Origin: the human T2T-CHM13v2.0 reference genome, Homo sapiens
Direction: 5' to 3' (one strand)
Assembly (NCBI RefSeq): GCF_009914755.1
Contig: NC_060939.1
Length of the DNA stretch: 64,000 bases
The stretch's first letter is position 1, and the number at the start of each line of letters is the position of its first letter. The translations under genes and the position numbers were made by a program. Under the pieces are notes generated by a model. That model was given only the letters and a program-made list of their open reading frames with translations. It did no database searches and was not told where the DNA came from. Shown here one piece after another: positions 26,928 to 44,558 of this stretch.

Positions 26928-28777
26928 AATATTCTACTAATTCTAAAAATCCATATGGTAAATTAACACAACACAAAAAACTCTGACTGGAGATGCTAGA
27001 TAAAAATAACTTTCTTCCATCACCAAATAAAATTAAATATATAGCTGATCTTTCAAGAAAGAAGGGAAATCCTCAGGTATCAGAAATAAAGATGGAATTG
27101 AAAACCAGAGAGGAAATTTCAGTTTTCTGAGGGGAGGGATTCACAAAAATGGGAGATTTTATTTAATCTTGTTTTTTTTTTTTAATTTAAAAAGATTATC
27201 CTTTTTTTCTGGAAGGTCACTGAATAAACAGGCCAACTGAAATATTCCATGGGCCCTGATGGTCAAATTCTCACTATACCAGTTTACTGGAAAGTAGCCA
27301 TACTACGTTACACAGGTAGGAATCTCCAAAACTGAATTCTGCCAATTAAAAATCTCTTCTGTGATGACTTAATTAACAAGTACAATTTCTCTCAAGTGGT
27401 AAAGTATAATTGAAAGTGACAACAGCAAATAATGTTACTTATCTTATTTTTTCTAAGTTCAGGTAGCAGTTATAATTTATATGACCTTAACTGAGAAAAG
27501 AGATTACCATCTATCTCTAAAAAGTTAATCCATATTTGTGGAGCTCCTGATATTAAAAACCATCCATGTTAGCCTCGACTGAAACACTCCCCAGCCTCAT
27601 GGGGAAAATGTAACAAGCATTAATCAAAAACAATTCCAGGGGAATTATAAATAACACAGCTATCCCAGATACATTTAACTTTTAACCTTTCTCCTTGCAT
27701 TTCCCAACACAAAAATCAGAACTAGTTATTTTAAATGCTAAGATTAATTGATAAGCTATACTGATTAAAAACTTCTTTCAAAATTAAGTGCCATTTATTT
27801 TAATATTTGCATTGGTTTTAACTTCATTTTATGATTTTATTCTAGAGAATTGTCAAATTAGTCTTTTCCATCACTTTCATGTGTTGAGATTGTAATCTCT
27901 CACATGTTTGAAAAGGAGGGAAAGCAGCATAAATGCTGCAACTATAGAAAAATCTCTTCAATAATTTTAGAATTCTGATCCTGAGCACTATTAACAGAAA
28001 TCTGGATAGTGCTTAAATAAATAAAAAAGTAACAAAAGTTAAACACCTTTTCCGTAATCAAAACAGGGACAAAATTATACCAGACCAGGGCTCTTCACTA
28101 AAGCTTGAAACTTCCCTCTTCCAAACTCATGAGTAAAGAGAGCTTTATTGTTTTTTGAAAATAAAATAGAAAGTTGCAAATTACAGGCAAAGAGATGTGG
28201 CTTTTTTGAATGACAAGGAGAAACAAATTGGTAATGTGATGTAATGTGTTATCTATGCGGGCAGCGTCAATAATTAAAAGGTAGCTTCTTAAGGCTGAGA
28301 TTTTCTCCACAATTCATGAAGACATCTACTAACTGCTCTTCAATTTCTTGACAACGCAAAAAAAAAAAAAAACAAGAACAGAAAACACAGGGCTGCACGT
28401 CTTTCCATTTCTCACAAGTCTTGAGAGATTTTATCTTTTGTTATTCTTCATCCTTCTCCCATTCCTCTGTTGTCCCCCACCCTAGTAAGTCTATTTTTAA
28501 AAATATATATATATATACCCCATTTTTACTTATCTCTGAGTTTTTATACAAGCTGGATTCCCTTACTAGTTCACTATTAAAATCCTATATCATCTAGGCA
28601 GAATCCTTTGAAGCCATTCAAAAAGTAATTATTATTATAACAGAATAATTATATTAATTGAAAAAATAAGAATGCTGAAATCTATGACAACTGTAAAAGC
28701 ACACACAGAAAGATTAGAAGGAAATATGCAAAAATAAAGTTATTAAAGTAATAAGATCATGAAAGTTTTTACTTCTT

Positions 28778-29086
<309 letters not shown>

Positions 29087-29304
29087 GAAAGTTTTTACTT
29101 CTTAAACATTTTGTAAATTTTACATTCTATTTTTTCTTTAAAGAAAGTTCTGTCCTTTCTTCAAAGCCCAAATGCCATCTTTTCTAAAAGCCTTAGATGA
29201 AATTAATCTTCTCATTGTCAGAGGCTCATTTATGTAGCATTTATCACATACTATCTTGTATCTGAGGCAATAAACTTTATGCCTTTCTCCACTTTTAAAA
29301 CTGA

Positions 29305-29469
<165 letters not shown>

Positions 29470-30662
29470 TAGGCTCAAGTGATTCTCCTACCTCAGCCTC
29501 CCAAGTAGCTGGGATTACAGGCGCGTGCCACTATGCCCAGCTAATTTTTGTATTTTTAGCTTTGCCACGTTGGCCAGGATGATCTTGAACGCCTGACCTC
29601 AGGTGATCTGCCTGCCTTTGGCCTCCCACAGTGCTGGGATTTCAGGCGTGAGCCACTGCACCTGGCCATCTTTTCATTAACTTTATACCCCTCTGTAGAA
29701 ACAAACAGAATACTTGGCGCACAGTAGGGGCTGACAAATTCTGGATTAACAAGAAACCTTTCTAAAGTAGCTGAAAATAGAAGCCTCATCCCCCAACTTG
29801 GGTCTGAGAACAGCGGCTGCTGTACCCACTAAACAGAAGATTGAGCGAACTGGGTGATCCAAGGGAAAAAAAAATGCTATAAATCCTGATATGTGAGAAT
29901 CCCACAGTGAAATGGTAGGTTCAGATCATTCTACTGTGAGAGGCTCCAGTCAACAGTACCCGCCCCTCGTACAGAGGATGTAAGCCACCAAACAAAGGAA
30001 TAAATTTGGAAAGAAGAAAACAAGAAATTAAAGAAACAGTAGATTCAACACAGAAAAGAGATCGAGTGAATTCTCACAATGATGGCAAATGGAAGCCCAC
30101 AGATGATGGCTACACAACAGGTGTACAGAACAAACAGTCCAGATGGAATGCAACATAGCAAGAGGCTGTCTTCAACAAGAACAAGGAAAAGGAAATGGCT
30201 AGCATTCATTTTTAGTGTGTGTGTAGGGGTGTGTGTGTGTGTGTGTGTGTTACATTTTTACCGCACTGAATGGTTTTAAAGCTCTGTCCAACAGCTTGCA
30301 ATTAAATTTGTGACAGACATACAGAAAACTAAACCAAACAAAAAATGTGAAATAAATAATTATAAACATAATATAGTGATTCAGATGTGAATAATACTGT
30401 ATTTATATAGGGTAATAAGGTAAAAACAAAATATTCAACAAAAAAAATTGCTAGGGAGGGATGCATATTTTTTCCTTTTTTTTTTTTTTTGAGACGGAGT
30501 CTCACCTCTGTCGCCCAGGCTGGAGTGCAGTGGTATGATCTCGGCTCACTGCTCGCAATGTCTACCTCCCAGGTTCAAGCAATTCTCCTGCCTCAGCCTC
30601 CTGAGTAGCTGAGACTACAGGTGCCCACCACCACACACAGCTAATTCTTGTATTTTTAGTAG

Positions 30663-30815
<153 letters not shown>

Positions 30816-31103
30816 TGAGCAACATGCTACATCACTTACGGTGACCGTATTTTCCAAACTAAACACTGGAACCTATGGATTGACAGCAGTTTTCTTCCTC
30901 TGGTATGTAAATTTATTTGAAACGATCTATAAAAATATAAGTGGAAGATCACCCATAACTGAGAAATAAAATCAATTAGAAGTGTCCTTGTAAAGCTGGA
31001 GTCTATGATACCCACATGCATGAGTCAGAATTCTTCAAGAGTTTTTGACAGTAATAACCATAATAAAGAAGAAATATCCAGAATCCTTGGATTTAGGAGC
31101 AAG

Positions 31104-31273
31104 CAGTAGTTCTCAAAGTGGATTCCATGGACTAGCAGTATGAACATCACATGGAAATTTGTTACATATGCAAATGTTGAGGCCTGCACCTACTGAATCA
31201 CACACTGTGGGGTAGTCTGTATTTTAACAACTCTTCAGATGATTCAGATGGACACTAAAGTTGACAACCACAG
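31104..31273. mobile_element. MER5A (hAT-Charlie) MITE
   Basis: CAGTAGTTCTCAAAGTG...CCTACTGAATCA...AAGTTGACAACCACAG. Confidence 0.75.
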
Positions 31274-32273
31274 GTACAGAACATGGGGGTAGGAAAGAAA
31301 ACTGCTGCAGTTAACGTGGTTATGGAAGTATTCCTCATTTAAAATACTAGACTTTATTCAATCAATACTATATAATTTCTAAGAAAGAACAACTCATCAT
31401 TACTTTACATCTTATCACTACTTTTAAGTGTGATAACACCATATCTGTTTTTTATACACAAAGTATCACTGGAAGGATACAGATGGAGCTGATAACCTAG
31501 GTTACTAGAGAAGGCTGGGAGACAGGAGTAGGAGGAGGGCTTTGGCTGAAACTTCAAATGTTGCTGAAACAATGTGCAGCAACTAGAACTTTCACATATT
31601 ACCAATGGGAGATTAAAATGGTACAATCGTGTTGGGAGACTGTTAGGCAGTTTCTTATAAAGTTAAACACATATAACCCCATGACCCAGAAATTCCATTC
31701 CTAGGTATTTACACAAGAGAAATAAAAATATACTTTTATGAAAAGATTTATAGATGAATGTTCACCGTAGGTTTATTCATAATAGCCCAAAGTTGGAAAC
31801 AATCAATGTGTCCATCGAAGGAGAATGGATATATTCATACAACGAAATACTATTCACCAAGAAAAAGAATGAGCTATTGATACAAACAACCCCATGGATG
31901 ACTCTCAAAAAAAGAATCAAGACACAAAAGAGTACATAATGTACATTCCATTTACATGAAGTTCTAGAACAGACAAAAGTAATCCATGGTGACAAAAGGC
32001 TGCCTATAGAGAGTAGACGGGCAGAATTGACTGGAAGAGGGCCCAAGGGAGCATTCTGGAATGATGGGAATATTCTGTATCATAATTGGGTCATTGGCTT
32101 TACATGTTGAAAATCATCAAATTATACATTTATAATCTGTGCATTTCACTCTTTGTAAATTTCACTCTTCCCCACCCCCATTCCATAAAAGAAGGCAAAA
32201 TCAATACATTTTCAGACAAAAACAAAAACTGAGAAAGTTCAATTCCAACAAACAGTCAGTAAAATAAATTCTA

Positions 32274-32687
<414 letters not shown>

Positions 32688-33046
32688 CTATGAAAAATAA
32701 TGTTGATGATGACGACAATGGTGTGTGTGTGTGTGCGTGCGCGCACGCGCGTGCGTGCATTTGATTTCCATGCTACTTGGTATACAATTCCAAATCCTTA
32801 ACACGGCATGCCAGGCTTGCCTGATCAGGCTATCCTCTCCAGCCTCATCTGCTGACGTTGTGCCTCTTGTTTTAGCACTCCAACCTTCCTGTTCGTCTCC
32901 ATCCCATCTTTTGCACATGTGGTTCTATTTACTCAATGGGGTTCTATTGCCCCACTCTTCACCTGCTAACTCCTATTCATCCTTAGTTTCAATTTCCTTG
33001 ATATTTTCTCCCTTCTCCACACCATATAAAATTAATTAATTTTTAG

Positions 33047-33382
<336 letters not shown>

Positions 33383-35191
33383 TAATAACACTTATAAAAT
33401 ATTGATGTGTGATAATTTATTTAATGTTTCTCTCTCCCTCTTGGCTATAAAATCGGTAAAGTATATTCTATATCATTATACCTCATGCCCTGACCCACGT
33501 GCCTGATACATAGTGTTCATCAAATATTTGTTAAGCAAATACAGAAATCAAGTACTTCAGAGGTCCACCTAAAAGCTTTATCAAGAAAAGACAGAAGATG
33601 TGGAAATGAGAGCATAACAATTACAAGTTAATTTTGCACACATTCCATTCACATTCATCATATTCCTGAGAAAAAGTCTCTTCTGTTAAATTATTTTATT
33701 TGCGTATTAGTAGCAGGAAAGTGGAAGGACCAAGTGTTTGTTATGAATATAACACTTCTCCCTACTGGGAGAAGGTTCTTGAACAAATCAGAATCTCATA
33801 TTCCTTATCTCTAAAATGGGGGTAATACTTCCTACTTCTGCAATAATGTTGTGATGATTACAGCTAAAGTATGAAAAAATCTAACCTGGTGCCTGGCACA
33901 GAGTGGGTATTCAGTTAAAGGCAGTTGTTATTTATTTAGGTTGACTCTTTTTCCCAAAGGAGAATACTTTCACTAAAGCATCTTTATTGACGGCCATGAT
34001 TGTTTGTTCATATTACTCTCTTCATTGCCCCAACATGTCTCGCATCAGTTGAAGCCAGACATTTGAGTCCAGCCATGAGTTATAATAATGGGCTACAGAC
34101 ATATTTACTCAACTTTCAGAAAAGCCTTATCAAAATGCTTTTTGTTTGTGCTGTGCCTTTCTCCCTGCATTTATCTCCAGACTTCTCCTATCCCCTCCCC
34201 ATTCATTTATCCTCTTAAACTTTGATACTATTGGCAAGGAGGCCAGAAGAAATAGAAGTCCTAAAGAAGAAGTAACATCAATTGCCACAGAATTCAGCAG
34301 AACAATGGGTTCAGCAATTCAAATCAGCTATCTGACTTAAAGATTCAGCTCTGGAGTAGATAACCATGATAGATTGAGAAGCAATTGTGTTCAACTGGTT
34401 CCTGCATGTCTCCAAATGCTATAGAATATTTCTGAGACAGCAAGGGGATGGGAGAATCAGCAGACTTAAATATCCTGCTCTGACTGATGTTTAATTATGC
34501 AAGATTCACCAAGTAAGTGACAGGGCCAGAATTCCAACACAAAAGAATCCCATTTTCTATACCCCTGCTCACCCTAAATGATTTATTTACAAGGTCTCTT
34601 CCAGCTCAAAGATTCTACTCCTATGTGATATATGAATTCCTAATTACCTATAAAAGAAATTATAGTTCCTTCTCCTTTTCTGTTCCTGGCGCAGAGCAGT
34701 CAATCACAGGCCACTACAGAAAATGTCTGTGGAGTGAGGGTGAATTTCACAGAGGTGCATGGTTGGCATGCTCGCCAGCACGGGGCACTGAGGGGAGGAG
34801 GGAGATACCATACAGAGATGCATCAGAAGGGTGCCCACTGGCAAGGGTACTGAGGAGGGGAGGACGGCGTTGCACAGGGATGCTGCATAGAGAATAGCAA
34901 TATTCCCACTGGCATCCAAGGATGTGAAGAGCTGAAGTGGCAGAGGAGATGTCTGCGTGGTCAGGAAGTTAGTTACACTGAACACATAAGTCAATGAACA
35001 AATATATTAAGGATAATAAAAGTCAAATTTTTTCACTGTTAGAAAAGGTACTTATGGCTATAAAGGAACTCAGGTATTAGGTTTGAATTGGAAAAAATCA
35101 GTATGAATTCATGATTTTTAAATTTATGTATTTACAGATTGATATAGAAATAGCTATAGATCTTTGTGTATACTTATATATGTGTGTAGAG

Positions 35192-35233
<42 letters not shown>

Positions 35234-35965
35234 TAACTGTTCAGAGATGGTCCAAGAGTATATCCCAGTAACAATGAGCACACCAAGTACCCAAATTGTA
35301 GCATGTAAAAACCATTTTATACTAAATAGGACCAGTGCTTCTAGGGAAAATGGCTGATTGTAGATAGCTGAGCCAAGCAAAATACAAGAGAAGCCTGGAA
35401 CAACTTCTGCCAGAAAGTGTTCAAAGAATGATGGGGACTTGTTACGAAGACCTAGGAACCTCCTTGAAAGGGCTCCCACTGGACAAACTGGGACAGTATG
35501 AGCAATAAAATATTTAATGACAGTAACTGATTACAACCTGCTGAATAAAGTGGGATTTTACAAGTCTATGCTGATATAAATAAATGACAGGAAAAGGAAA
35601 GCTCTTCTTACATAGAATGCCAACTAACAGAGATGGAAATAAAACAAAATAGTGGTGTTTGGTTCAGATAGAATTCATCAATGGATGCTAAAACTGAGGA
35701 TGAAGACTTGACGAGAAATAGGATATTGGCATAATCTTACGATATGTCCCCTGAAAATACTATCAATTATAAAGAGAAAAAAGGTGACATTACAGAGAAG
35801 AAACCTGGCAGACACCAAGGTGACCAAGTGATTAAGGTCACTGACAGTGTTGGGACAAGTCAGCATCATGTGTCCCCTGGTGTGATGCATGCGAAGAACA
35901 CAGCATCATTTCTATGATTCCTGCCAAGAGAGCGTGACCTGAACATGGTCATCAAGAAACACTAA

Positions 35966-37946
<1,981 letters not shown>

Positions 37947-38379
37947 AAGAAAAACTGAGGAAATGTTACAGATTAGAAGAGACTGCAAAGACATGCCACG
38001 TAAAAGCAATATATGTTCCCAGATAGGTTCTTAGACCAGAAAAGGAAAAAGAGAAATTATTAGTAACATTTATCAAAATTTGGATGGTATCTGTGGATTG
38101 AATGGCATTGTTGTATCAGTGTCCATTTCCTAGCTTGGAAGGGGGTATGGTTGTTATGCAGGAAAGTATTCTTGTTTTAGAAAAATACACACTAGAGTAT
38201 TTAAAGATGATGGGGCATTGTGTCTGCAGCTTGCTCTCAAGTGGTTCAGAAAAAGATTAATGAAAATGGCAAAAAAAGGTGATGGAACAATTGCAGTGAA
38301 AAGGTTAACAGTTGCAGAATCTGTATGAGAAGAATACTGGAGCTCTTTGTGTTGTACTTTCAACTTTTCTGATGGTTTA

Positions 38380-38694
<315 letters not shown>

Positions 38695-39256
38695 TTAAAA
38701 ATAAATTATTTTAAAAATACACTATATTTATTCACTTCTTTAGTCCCTGCTCCATGAAAAATACTTTACAATGATCCTGGAATTAAAGAGTTGCAAAAAA
38801 GCACTAATGGCAAAAACAATACATGAAAGATTGGGAGAAATTACTAATACAGCTGCTGCTTAACCTATGCTTCTCCTCCTTTGTGTGTAGTACATAAAGG
38901 TTTGGGAAGTTTGTTCCCAGACTGAGTAAGGGTCAGTTTCTGCTCAGCCTTAGTGGGTCCAGAAGTATCAGAATATGCCCTTCTTACCCTGTTACTTATG
39001 CACTGTTGTGGCTGCTGCCACCAGGGGCATCTATTATTCTGTATGTGCAAACTGCACTCTCCATACCGATAGCGGAGACTCTGAACTCTTTCCTCTTTAT
39101 TTCCTTCCTTCTTTTCCTTGCTTCAGTCAGCCTTTCTTATAGGAAACAGAAATCATTCTAGATGCTTTAAGAAGAAAGAAGCTAATACAGGGGATTAGAT
39201 GCTTACAAAATTTTTGGAAGAGCTGGAAGAGTAGGTGCTAGGCTGGACTTCTAGAG

Positions 39257-39765
39257 CAGGGGTCCCCAACCTTAGGAACCAGCCACACAGCAGGAGGTGA
39301 GTGGCAGGCCAGTGAGCAAAGCTTCATCTGTATTTACAGCCACTCCTCACCGATCACATTACCTCCGGAGCTCTGCTGCCTGTCAGATCAGCAGCGGCAT
39401 TAGATTCTCATAAGAGCATGAACCCTATTGTGAACTGTCCATGCAAGCGATCTAGGTTGTGTACCCCTTATAAGAATCTAATGCCTGATGATTTGTCACT
39501 GTCTCCCTGTCTCCCATTACCGTCACCCACACTTGGGACCATCTAGTTGCAGGAAAACAAGCTCAGGGCTCCCACTAATTCTACATTACGGTGAGCTGTA
39601 TAATTACTTCATTACATATCACAATGTAATAATAATAGAAGTAGAGTGCACCATACATGTAATGTGCTTGAATCATCCTGAAACCACTGGACCGCATCCC
39701 CGGTCCATGGAAAAACTATCTTCCATGAAACCGGTCCCTGGTGCCAAAACAGTTGGGGACTGCAG
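39257..39765. mobile_element. MER1A (hAT-Charlie)
   Basis: TIRs CAGGGGTCCCCAAC / GTTGGGGACTGCAG; 8-bp TSD TTCTAGAG (39249-39256) and TTCTAGAA (39766-39773). Confidence 0.88.
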
Positions 39766-42499
39766 TTCTAGAAGATCAGAAACATGGCAGAACTGACCCA
39801 TCCAGGAAGCTACTACCTCTCCCAGTCAGAAAGGTAGATGATCAGGAGTCATCACCAGAACTGATGACTTCAAGAATATAATCAATCTTGACGTCTGGAA
39901 GCCACTACCACCACTACTTCGGTGACTTCCTATCAATATGTACAAAGCAAGTTACCAGATACTGGAATACTTTCGCAGAAAATTTAGATGTTTACATGAC
40001 TGTGCTTATCAGCAGAAAAAGCCAAAGAAACAAAACAATATGCTCCACCTCATTTCCACTCTGCAAATCTCAAGTAAGTGCACTTAACTGGGGAGCCTAC
40101 TTTGGATCCAGTCCATTAATTTCAATGGAGTGTGGGAAACAGTGTTTAGTTTTCCCACCTCCATATCACAGGGAGGTGCATGGGAAGGAGGTGGGAAGTG
40201 ATGCTCAATTCCAGTCCCCGCATCCACCACACTGCTCTCCAATAAAGATCAGTGCATGTTATTCTCTACTGTGAATCTCAAGTGACCAGAGCAAATCTGG
40301 TATAAATTATACTACACTTCCTCCTTTGTTTGTTAACACTTTAAAGGTAAAATCCTGCACATGCAGCCAGGGTGATCTCTTACTATAAGTCACTTATATG
40401 TGGAAGAAGAGCCAAAACTCACTGAAAAGTGAGAGAAAGGTATTATGATCTACATTTTAGCATACTTCAGTGCTAATATGCTCAGACACTGACTCAGCGA
40501 CTATTCACTATATACTGATTAAATTACAATTCTTTCACTATCTTCTATCCCATTTCAAATTATTTTTCTCCCTGTTTTAGTTTCAAATTTAAAATAAGAA
40601 TCCTCTCCTTTTGTTGTAATGAAAAAGCACTTTACTTTTAATCAACAGCAGAGGGCTGCCTATTTCCAGACTAGTCTGTGAGTTTTAGAAGTGACATAGC
40701 TGCAATGCTTTCTTCCTTTAACAAAAGGGGTGTTTGGGGGTGGGGAGGATGGGGGAGTGTGGTTTCAATCCTTCTTTTACTTTTGTGATAGACCAGAAAA
40801 TAAATGGCAAATGATAGTGGAGAGGGCAACCTCCACAAGAAAAAAAGTGACTTTTATCTTTCCCTCAGTCCGAGGCTGAGACTGTCTTTTTTCCCTCTCT
40901 ATCCCTGGTGCCTAGCACAATGCATGGTACAGAGCAAACAGTAAATGAATGTCTGTTGAATGAATAATCCAATTACAATGGAAGAAGTGGAAGACTCTTC
41001 ATCATCATGTCTCTTATCTTCCTATCTCACTCCCTTCCTCAATGTGGACAAAATAGAGCGGGGACAGAAGCAAATTAGAGTCATGGAACTGACAGCCAGA
41101 ACTCCCAGAATGTGAATGGGATAGGCCACAGTCCATGAAACTTCCTAGAAGTACAAATCCTTCAGCAAGTTCAGGAAATCCACATTTCAAAGGGTGGAGT
41201 TTCTGGCCTTTGGCCCCAGTTCCTTACCGACCACCCATTAACTGCCACAATTAGTTTTATTTCAGCTGGGCAGAGGGGTGATGATTGAAAACAGAGAAAT
41301 TACTAAAGTAGATAATTAAAAACACTGATCATGTACCAAGAGGGAGAAAACAGATGGTGAATGATACCTTTGGCACTATTTTCTTTAAGATCAACTGGCT
41401 CTGCTGGAAGGCGGTGAGATGAGAAATCTGCAATTAGCAGGGCCTACCTGTGAATATAGCAGGGAAAGAAAGTCCAAGGTCAGCCTGATTGGGTTGGACA
41501 CCACCTTGAAGTCAACTGCACTGGGCAGTCTACGTAGCAAGCAGGGAAATCTGACTGATAAGAAAGCGACCACAGGTGAAGTGCGGTATTATCTTCTGAT
41601 CTCGTCTACAGAATAAAGGTGCCATTAGCTAGAATGATATCTTTAGCTGTAACACATTGACTATTGTTTCTGAGGGACTATGAGCCGCCACCATTTGTCC
41701 ATCATCACTTTATTTCTCTTCTGGCAGCAATAGCTAGGAAATTAAATTCTAATCGCATCACGTAAGCATTCTCAAAATATCCTGAAATAACTGCATTAAC
41801 AAATTGCCCACCCTTTATAAACAAAGAACTCTCAAGAGAAGTGTAAAATGTTTGACGACACCAAGGTACTAAGAGAAGGAACTATACAACTTAAATATTA
41901 CAATACTTAAGCAAGCAGTATAAATTAGGTTGATGGATTTTCAGTTAACTGGGTCTCATCTTGATAAAAGGTACATGTGGCAGCTTAGTCAGCCAACAAG
42001 AAAGCAAAAAATTTGATTTTTTTCACTCGGAACCAGTCACTGTTAGACTACATGCAGCCTTTTCATCTCCCACCCATTTGCATTTTTGAGACAATCTCCA
42101 AGAACACACAGAAGCCACATATCATTTACGACGGAACAACCTTTCCAAATGGTCGTACAATATTTTTAATAAGCATAGGCATAATCAGCATTAGTTATTT
42201 AGCTGAAAAGAAACAGCTTTGCCTTCTTCAAATCCCAGAGCTTAATCTAGTTTTCAAAGGGAACAGATGTGGTAACTTCTTTATAAAGTATTTATACTTT
42301 TTTGGCTTCACTTTTTAACATCAACGACGACCGGTGAAATAAAGCATGAACTTCTCACACTAGACACTTGTTGCTAAAGAGGAGGAGGAAAATTTATGTT
42401 CCTGCTCTCCCATCCCTGTCTCTAGTTAGGGGATTAAAAAGGATTTCAGATAAAGAAGAAAAAAACAAACCAGCGAATGACAATTCACTTGGAACTCTC

Positions 42500-43500
42500 C
42501 AGACCGAAGTCCGTAAAGTTAAGTCGGCCCGGCCTCCGCCAGAGCAAGCAAATCAACAGCGGGGATGCTGCGACCGTCTCCCAACGCCTGGGAGCTCCGC
42601 ACACCCGGCGGGGGTGGCAGGAAGGGGCTGGCGCGGTGATGTGGGTCCCCCGCCGACCGCCTAGCCCCCTCCTCAACACTTCCTGAAGGAAACTGACAAG
42701 TAAGGCGGCGGCCGCTCCGGGAAGGGGCGGGTGTGGACCCGACAAGCTTGCTCCCTCCAGCGAGCCCCCAGCGCCCGCGCGCCGAGCCGCCCCCACAGTC
42801 CCCGCGGCGCCTCGCGCGCTCCCCAGGCTCGCGCCGAGGGAGGAGGGGCTGACAGCAGAGCCTCCGGTCGTGGCCGCCGCCGCTACCTCCCCGGGTCCGG
42901 CTGCTGAATAACCCGAAGGGAAGCCCGCCCCGCAGCCCCGCGGTCCCCGCACCTCGTCCTCCAGGAGCCCGAACACCTCCACCGCGCAAGTTGCCATTTC
43001 CGAACGCTTCCAGCAAACCGGACGCGCTCGCCCCCGCCCAGGGCAGGCAACTGTGGAGGAGGAGGAGGAGAAGCGGGAGGAGGCGGGGAAGAGTTGGAGG
43101 AAGAGGAGGAGGCGCTCCCTCAGCGACAGCAGCGCCTCCCGCGGCGAGCGGGCACTAGCGGCACCCGGCAGCGCGGCGGGAAAAGGCCGGCGGCGCGCGC
43201 TCCTGGGGCTGGGCGGGGGCGCGCGTGGCGGGGCTCGGGGAGTGGGGAGGGCGTGCGGCGGGGCTCGGGTGGGATGAGCGCGCGCGGCGGGGACCATGGC
43301 GTGGGGAGCGCGCGTGGCGGGGCGCGCCCTCGGTCCCTTCCCGGGAGGTGGGTGGTTGACGGGCCCGCCGGGGAGCCAGGGAGCGCCGGGAAGCGCCGGG
43401 AAGCCAAGCTGCAGTGTTCCTCAGCAACAAGTCTCGCTGAGATCCGACCCAGAGTTCGGCCTCTGACTAGACGCCTGGGAATCCGTGAGCTTAATCCCCG
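42500..43500 (-). promoter_or_regulatory. NEDD4: NEDD4 CpG-island promoter, 5'UTR and start of intron 1
   Basis: Very GC- and CpG-rich, repeat-free block around exon 1 with GC boxes (GGGCGG) and a pyrimidine-rich leader; boundaries approximate. Confidence 0.9.
42953..42997 (-). CDS. NEDD4: NEDD4 coding exon 1 (MATCAVEVFGLLEDE)
   Basis: ATG at 42997 in GGAAATGG context; 45 nt encode the recognised N-terminus of C2-containing NEDD4; followed by donor GTGCGG (GT at 42952-42951); lies in a CpG island. Confidence 0.96.
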
Positions 43501-43847
43501 CTTAAATCCCAAACGGAAAATCATAGCGCTTTCTTGTCGGTTAAGGGTGTCATTCCAATAAGAAGCTGGACCTGGGGACCGCCAGGGAAAGCCTGAGCGT
43601 GGCAGCAAATGGGGAGGCCTGGAGGGATCGCAGCAGTCTTGGACTCGGGATCTGAAATTCTCTCCCTAGGATTTGTAAACAGTGCCAGTTCCTAAGCTAT
43701 TTGTTGTCCTATGGTCTGTCCATCTTTAAATCCCACCAGTAACAATCCAATCTCCAGGCTGACCCTCTAAACCTGCTTTAGCTGGGCGTTGATCCGCAGC
43801 ACCACCAGAAGGCAGTGACGAAGAGGGAAAAATAAAGTGAACTAGGA

Positions 43848-43896
43848 CCTCCTGTAGAATAACTCCTCCTGTGGAATAACTCCTCCTGTGGAATAA
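43848..43896. repeat. 17-bp tandem repeat x3
   Basis: CCTCCTGT(A/G)GAATAACT three times (third copy partial), about 550 bp upstream of the NEDD4 promoter repeats. Confidence 0.9.
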
Positions 43897-44282
43897 GGTT
43901 ATGGAATAATCATGCTTTTTAATATTCCTGTCTGATGGGCTTTATAATTCCATAATTACAGGAAGACCTCCACCAAATAAGGCATCCATAAAAGAGTCTG
44001 GGGAGAATTATGAACACCCAGGCCACAATTTATATCATGTTGTTTTTATACATTTGCAGAAATTTGCAGAATTCTGCAATCTCAAAATCTAATTTTTATT
44101 TTCCTCAATGATTTCAGAATAACTCTGATTTATTTTTAACAGTTTAAGATGCTACGTGGGAACAAGGCTATAGCCCATATTACTGGTTTGTTACGTAAGA
44201 TTTTTCTCGTACTTGGCCGGGCGCGGTGGCTCACGCCTGTAATCCCAGCACTTTGGGAAACCTAAGGCGGTGAATCACCTTA

Positions 44283-44558
<276 letters not shown>

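Noticed and set aside
42485-42952. Continuation of the 270-aa ORF past NEDD4 exon 1, and other CpG-island ORFs (42368-43608)
   Set aside because: It reads through the GT donor into GC-rich intron; stop-poor composition explains these ORFs.
44064-44079. 16-bp palindrome TTGCAGAATTCTGCAA upstream of the promoter
   Set aside because: About one such palindrome is expected by chance in 64 kb, and nothing else supports a function.
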